NCBI GenBank assembly: GCA_043750125.1
Contig: JAYVCD010000088.1
Span: 1-40,910 of the forward strand
Source of the DNA: Archangiaceae bacterium
GTDB lineage: Bacteria; Myxococcota; Myxococcia; Myxococcales; Myxococcaceae
DNA length: 40,910 nt
Direction of reading: 5' to 3'
Below, one piece after another: positions 36,241 through 40,910 of the stretch. Each line of letters opens with the position of its first letter. Within the stretch, counting starts at the first letter, position 1. The notes beneath the pieces were generated by a model that saw only the letters and a program-made list of their open reading frames with translations, ran no database searches and was not told where the DNA came from. The position numbers and the translations under genes were made by a program.

Positions 36241-37560
36241 CTGACCTCCTCGATCACCATCGCCGCGATTGCGACGGGCCCCGCGCGCGGTGGGATCGGA
36301 GTGGTGCGAATCAGTGGTCCATTGGCGGTGGACGCGGCCCGGCGGGTTGCGCCTTCGTTGCCCCCGTCCCCTGCCCCGCGGCATGCCTATTTCCTGGGCT
36401 TCACCGACGGCGCGGGAACTGTCGTCGACGAAGGGGTGGCCCTTTACTTTCAAGGTCCACAGTCGTTCACGGGTGAAGACGTAGTCGAGCTCCAGGCCCA
36501 TGGATCCCCCCGGTTGTTGCGGTTGTTGCTCGAAGCGGTCACGTCGTTGCCCGGAGTTCGGGTGGCCCAGGCCGGAGAGTTCACCCGGCGCGCTTTTCTG
36601 AACGGACGCATCGACCTGGCGCGCGCGGAAGCGGTCGCAGATTTGATCGCCGCGGACTCTGAATCCGCAGTCCGGGCCGCGGCCGCGCAGTTGGCGGGCG
36701 CGCTGTCTGAGCAATTGCGCGCGGTGCGAGCTCCGCTGGTCGAGCTCCATGCGGATCTCGAGGCGGCTTTGGACTTCCCGGAAGAATCCGACGGGGTCGA
36801 CATCGAGACCGGGGCCCGACTGGAAGAGGCCCTTGCGAGGTTGAAGGCCCTTCGGGACCAGGGCCGTCGGGGCGCCCTGATTCGGCGCGGTGCCCACGTG
36901 GTGTTGTACGGGCCGGTGAATTCGGGGAAGTCGACGCTGTTCAATCGTCTGGTCGGCTCGGAGCGCGCGCTGGTCGATGAGAGCCCTGGGACCACCCGCG
37001 ATGCGCTCGAGGCGAGCCTCGAATGGGACGGACTTCGGGTGACGTTGGTCGATACCGCCGGGTTGAATGCAGCTCCCGAGCGACTCGAGGCGCGGGGCAT
37101 CGAGCGCACCCGACTGGCGCTGAAGGAGGCGGATCTCGCGGTGCTGTTGTTGCCCCCAGATTCGAGCCCCGGCCAGGTCGCGCAATGGCGGCTCGAAGTC
37201 CCAGACCCGGTTCGAATCGAGGTCCACGGGAAGGCGGACCTGGGAGGGTTGCCTTCGGGCGCGCTCGGAGTCAGCGGGTTGTCGGGGGCCGGGGTCGATG
37301 TCCTTCGCGCTCGGCTTCTGGAGGCGGTCGGGTACCAGCGCGCCGAAGCAGTTGCGCTCTCTTCCGCCCGACATCTGGAAGCGATGAATCGCGCAGTCGA
37401 CGCACTCGAGCGCGCGGTTGCGGCACAGACCTTGAGCACGCTCGAGGTCGTCGCGGGCGAAACGGGAACGGCGCTGGGAATGCTTTCGGAAATCAGCGGA
37501 GAGGACGCGCGCACCGAGTTGCTCGACGCCATCTTCCAGCGGTTCTGCATCGGCAAATGA
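36241..37560 (+). CDS. mnmE: tRNA modification GTPase MnmE (TrmE); probable non-canonical CTG start
   Basis: TIAAIATGPARGGIGVVRISG, SFTGEDVVE, GEFTRRAFLNGRIDL, GPVNSGKSTLFN, PGTTRD, DTAG, C-terminal FCIGK. Confidence 0.94.
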   Translation: MTSSITIAAIATGPARGGIGVVRISGPLAVDAARRVAPSLPPSPAPRHAYFLGFTDGAGTVVDEGVALYFQGPQSFTGEDVVELQAHGSPRLLRLLLEAVTSLPGVRVAQAGEFTRRAFLNGRIDLARAEAVADLIAADSESAVRAAAAQLAGALSEQLRAVRAPLVELHADLEAALDFPEESDGVDIETGARLEEALARLKALRDQGRRGALIRRGAHVVLYGPVNSGKSTLFNRLVGSERALVDESPGTTRDALEASLEWDGLRVTLVDTAGLNAAPERLEARGIERTRLALKEADLAVLLLPPDSSPGQVAQWRLEVPDPVRIEVHGKADLGGLPSGALGVSGLSGAGVDVLRARLLEAVGYQRAEAVALSSARHLEAMNRAVDALERAVAAQTLSTLEVVAGETGTALGMLSEISGEDARTELLDAIFQRFCIGK

Positions 37561-37646
37561 TTCCGGGGGCTTTTGCTCCTGAATCACATTGTCCACAGAA
37601 CCCAACCCGGTATTCAAATCCCGGTCGGCTGCGGTAGAGGGACGGG

Positions 37647-39464
37647 ATGCAGTCCTTCGATGTCCTCATCATCGGTTTGGGTCACGCCGGGTGCGAAGCG
37701 GCGCTCGCCTGTGCCCGAGTCGGCCTGAAGACCGCGGCAGTGACGCTGCGGAAGGATCGAGCGGCGGTGCTGAGCTGCAATCCGGCCATTGGCGGGACGG
37801 CGAAGGGCCACCTGGTTCGTGAGCTCGATGCCCTGGGTGGGCAAATGGCCCGCACCGCGGACCAGGCCGGTACCCATTTCGTGACCCTCAACTCGTCCAA
37901 GGGGCCGGCGGTTCGCGCCACGCGGGTGCTGTGTGACCGGGACGCGTATGCGCGCTCGATGCAGGCGACGTTGGCGACACAGCCCGGGCTGACCGTGATT
38001 GAGGGGGAAGTCGCGCTGCTCCACGTGGAACAGGGGCGGGTGGGAGGCGTGCAGTTGGCGGACGGCAGCCAGCTTCAGGCCCGTTCGGTGGTTGTGACGA
38101 CGGGGACTTTTCTTCAAGCCCTGATGCACCTGGGGTCGGTCAAAGAAGTCGGAGGCCGGCTCGGTGATGCCGCGGCGACCGGATTGTCGGACTCGCTGCG
38201 GGGGCTCGGGTTCTCGTTGGGTCGGTTCAAGACGGGAACGCCGGCGCGGCTGAAGCGGAGCACCATCGACTTCAGCCGGTGTGAACGCCAGCCGTCCGAC
38301 CCCCAACCTCGGCCTTTTTCCCTTCGCACCCCGGCGGCCCCCTTCCCCGTTCAACCCTTGCTGGACTGCTGGGTGACCCACACCAGCGAAGCGACTCATC
38401 AGGTGCTGCGCAGCAACCTTCATCGCTCGCCGCTTTACCGGGGGGACATCGTTGGCCGAGGCCCGCGGTACTGCCCGAGCGTGGAAGACAAGGTGGTCCG
38501 CTTCCCGGCCAGGGCTCGGCACACGGTTTTTCTCGAGCCCGAGGGTCCGGCCTCGGACCTGGTCTACCCCGCGGGCTTGTCGACCAGTCTCCCGCCCGAG
38601 GTCCAGCTCGAGTTCCTGCGAACCATTCGGGGACTCGAGGGGGTTGAGGTCGAGCGGTTCGGCTACGCGGTGGAATACGACTTTGCTCAACCGACCCAGC
38701 TGCTTCCCACGCTCGAAACGAAGAGGGTTCAAGGGTTGTTCTTCGCCGGTCAGCTGAATGGAACGTCCGGGTACGAAGAGGCGGCGTTTCAAGGGCTGCT
38801 GGCGGGCATCAATGCCGGGTTGCAGGTCCAGGGTCAGCCCGCCCTGGTGCTGGGCCGTCACGAAGCCCACGGCGCCGTTCTTCTGGACGAGCTGGTGACG
38901 CACGGGGTGGACGAGCCTTTTCGGATGTTCACTTCCCGCAGTGAGCATCGGCTGAAGCTTCGCGAGGGGAACGCCGCGCTCCGTTTGAGCGTGCACGGGC
39001 ATCGGGTGGGTCTGGTGAACGAGGGCGAGTTGGCCCGGGTCGAAGGGTGGCGGAAGCAGATCGCAACCGAGCTCGAGCGGCTGGGAAGCACTGTGTTGCG
39101 TTCGCTGCTCAAGCGTCCGGAAGTGACTTACGACAGCCTTGTAGCAAGTGATCCCGACCGCCCTTCTCTCCCCAGCTGTGTTCAGGAGGAAGTCGAGGTC
39201 GAGGTCAAATATGCCGGGTACATCGCGATGGCTGACGCAAGTCTGGCGCGATCCCAGACCGGGGCCGATGAGTGGGCCATTCCTGACGCGGTGCGGTGGG
39301 AAGAGGTCCCTGGGCTTTCGTCAGAGGCCCGCGAACGTCTCAGTCGCGGACGACCCGGCTCGGTGGGACAAGCGCGGCGGCTGCCTGGGGTCAACGCGAC
39401 GGCGATCGGATTGGTCCTCGTTCACCTGAAGCGGTTGGGGCAGACCGGGCCGCGTTCCACGTGA
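37647..39464 (+). CDS. mnmG: tRNA uridine-5-carboxymethylaminomethyl synthesis enzyme MnmG (GidA)
   Basis: GLGHAGCEAA, SCNPAIGGTAKGHLVRE, KTGTPAR, GPRYCPSVEDK, AGQLNGTSGYEEAA, EPFRMFTSRSE. Confidence 0.96.
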   Translation: MQSFDVLIIGLGHAGCEAALACARVGLKTAAVTLRKDRAAVLSCNPAIGGTAKGHLVRELDALGGQMARTADQAGTHFVTLNSSKGPAVRATRVLCDRDAYARSMQATLATQPGLTVIEGEVALLHVEQGRVGGVQLADGSQLQARSVVVTTGTFLQALMHLGSVKEVGGRLGDAAATGLSDSLRGLGFSLGRFKTGTPARLKRSTIDFSRCERQPSDPQPRPFSLRTPAAPFPVQPLLDCWVTHTSEATHQVLRSNLHRSPLYRGDIVGRGPRYCPSVEDKVVRFPARARHTVFLEPEGPASDLVYPAGLSTSLPPEVQLEFLRTIRGLEGVEVERFGYAVEYDFAQPTQLLPTLETKRVQGLFFAGQLNGTSGYEEAAFQGLLAGINAGLQVQGQPALVLGRHEAHGAVLLDELVTHGVDEPFRMFTSRSEHRLKLREGNAALRLSVHGHRVGLVNEGELARVEGWRKQIATELERLGSTVLRSLLKRPEVTYDSLVASDPDRPSLPSCVQEEVEVEVKYAGYIAMADASLARSQTGADEWAIPDAVRWEEVPGLSSEARERLSRGRPGSVGQARRLPGVNATAIGLVLVHLKRLGQTGPRST

Positions 39465-39468
39465 AACA
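39453..39468. promoter_or_regulatory. parS centromere-like site 1
   Basis: CGTTCCACGTGAAACA, matching parS consensus TGTTNCACGTGAAACA; contains the mnmG stop codon. Confidence 0.85.
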
Positions 39469-39475
39469 GAGGGGG

Positions 39476-39484
39476 TGTGGATAA
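39476..39484 (-). promoter_or_regulatory. Perfect DnaA box
   Basis: TGTGGATAA = TTATCCACA on the minus strand; a second perfect copy is at 39549-39557. Confidence 0.75.
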
Positions 39485-39549
39485 CGTGTTTGTAACTTTT
39501 AAAAGCGCCCAAGAGCATGAAACTGGGGTTCGTTTCGGGAGGGGGGGCT

Positions 39550-40209
39550 GTGGATAAAGAGGCCCAAATCGCCTTCGAACAAGGTGCCCTTCGGCTTGGG
39601 TTGAACCCGGGGGGGCACGTCTGGCCGGCCCTTGAAGTGTGGGTTGACGAGCTCTTGAAGTGGAACGCCAAGGTGAATCTCACCGCCATCACCCAGCCCC
39701 TGGAGGTGGTCGAAAAACACCTGTTGGATTCACTGTCGGTTTTGCCAGAAGTCGCAGGCGCGGCCACCTTGTTGGATCTCGGAGCGGGAGCCGGACTGCC
39801 AGGAATTCCGTTGGCGATCGCCCTTCCCGAACTGGCGGTCACGATGGTTGACGCGGTGAGCAAGAAGGTCACTTTTCTGAAGCAGGTCATCGTGAAGCTC
39901 GGCCTGGTGCCGCGGGTCCGGGCGGTTCACGTCCGAGCTGCGGGACTGTTGGAGGCCGAGAAGTTGAGTCAGGCCGAAGTGGTGATCGCGCGGGCCCTGA
40001 TGGACCTGGACCAGTGGCTTCCTTTCGCCCTGCCCTACCTTGCGCCAGGGGGTCGATTGGTCGCGATGTTGGCGCGCCCGCCATCGATGAAAAGCCTAAC
40101 GGAGCTCGCGCAACAATACGGCCTGCGCGTGGCGTCGTTGCGAAGCTTTACCCTACCCTCTTCGGGAGATCCGCGAACCGTGGCTTCGTTTCAAATGGGT
40201 TCCACGTGA
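39550..40209 (+). CDS. rsmG: 16S rRNA (guanine527-N7)-methyltransferase RsmG (GidB)
   Basis: WNAKVNLTAI, HLLDSL, LDLGAGAGLPGIPLAI, KKVTFL, ARAL; GTG 39550 follows a G-rich RBS (ORF open from 39517). Confidence 0.94.
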   Translation: MDKEAQIAFEQGALRLGLNPGGHVWPALEVWVDELLKWNAKVNLTAITQPLEVVEKHLLDSLSVLPEVAGAATLLDLGAGAGLPGIPLAIALPELAVTMVDAVSKKVTFLKQVIVKLGLVPRVRAVHVRAAGLLEAEKLSQAEVVIARALMDLDQWLPFALPYLAPGGRLVAMLARPPSMKSLTELAQQYGLRVASLRSFTLPSSGDPRTVASFQMGST

Positions 40210-40213
40210 AACA
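40198..40213. promoter_or_regulatory. parS site 2
   Basis: GGTTCCACGTGAAACA; contains the rsmG stop codon. Confidence 0.85.
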
Positions 40214-40412
40214 AGTTTGGTGGGGCACGCGCTGATCGTCACGTCGGGTGCGGCAGTTCGATGCGTCGCCCCGGGCTCAGACTCGATGGGTGGGTCCCCG
40301 GGGTTGCATCAAGCGAGGCGGGCCTTCGATCTGCCTGGGTTCTGAGGTTTCCTCAGCCCGGGTTCTTCGCCGGCCCCGGCCCAAGCTCCGGTGCGCTCGA
40401 AGATTTGAGACC

Positions 40413-40446
40413 GAGCGCTGAGTCGGAGCGCTGAGTCGGAGCGCTG
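40413..40446 (+). repeat. Short tandem repeat, 13-bp unit, ~2.6 copies
   Basis: GAGCGCTGAGTCG GAGCGCTGAGTCG GAGCGCTG. Confidence 0.7.
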
Positions 40447-40751
40447 GGCTTCGTTGCGTTCGTGGTTGGCGCGCCGAACAGAGCCGCCCCGCGGTGATTC
40501 AGTTTTGGTCAGACGTATGTCCGCAGGTTCGGGCCCGGATGTTTGGCGCGCTTCATTTGAGTTCGAAAGCGCTGAGTCCAAAACTGTGGCGATTCTGTGG
40601 CGCCATCTGCGGTGATTAGAGAAGCGTCTTAGGATTCTTCGGGAAGCAAAGGCCCAGGAGGCTTCGGGAGGCGCATTCTCCGGTGGTTCGGGAAACGCGC
40701 CGAGCGCGATATTCGCCTGCCAAAATCCGAGCTCGTCGCTATCCGTCCCGA

Positions 40752-40767
40752 CGTTCCACGTGGAACA
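40752..40767. promoter_or_regulatory. parS site 3
   Basis: CGTTCCACGTGGAACA. Confidence 0.88.
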
Positions 40768-40888
40768 AAGTCCAGGAAGCCCAGCCAGCAGGGGAGGGGA
40801 GGACCCTCCACCGAGCGGGCTTCAGGCTCGCGTTTCTTCGCTGGGTCACCGTCGCCATTGTGGATCCAGCCGTGTGGGCCGCACCTTG

Positions 40889-40904
40889 TGTTCCACGTGG
40901 AACA
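40889..40904. promoter_or_regulatory. parS site 4
   Basis: TGTTCCACGTGGAACA, perfect palindrome. Confidence 0.9.
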
Positions 40905-40910
40905 ACAAAC

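Noticed and set aside
937-39002. Many long antisense or alternate-frame ORFs (e.g. 937-2865, 6063-8432, 23748-26246, 33238-35934, 37614-39002)
   Set aside because: They are shadow ORFs of high-GC genes: Arg/Gly/Pro-rich, no motifs, and they overlap well-supported genes.
1-40910. tRNA, rRNA or riboswitch genes
   Set aside because: None recognised by eye; a tRNAscan/Rfam search would be needed to exclude small RNAs.

Overview
High-GC, Myxococcota-like chromosome segment spanning the replication-origin region. The right half is mostly housekeeping: purE-purK, two paralogous membrane kinases with an atypical RDVAxKN catalytic loop, a Cys-rich lipoprotein, dnaA with no dnaN beside it, rpmH-rnpA-yidD-yidC-jag-like-mnmE-mnmG-rsmG, DnaA boxes and four parS sites. 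A candidate oriC unwinding module (AT-rich tract, DnaA-trios, boxes) lies ~1.8 kb downstream of dnaA, beyond a kinase gene. The left end holds the strongest novelty candidate. A STAND-NTPase/TM/WD40 receptor-like gene is followed by two paralogous double-glycine-leader peptide genes flanking a membrane-fusion protein. Each peptide gene has its own sigma54 (GG-N10-GC) promoter and a shared palindromic enhancer-like box at conserved spacing, suggesting an undescribed peptide signalling or RiPP system. The 14.5-20.6 kb zone is an accessory patch (kinase, reversed-order AbiE-type TA pair, J-like protein, IS481 remnant, TonB-like protein) punctuated by four copies of a ~50-65 bp structured repeat. 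All calls are from reading the sequence and motifs only; no database searches were run.
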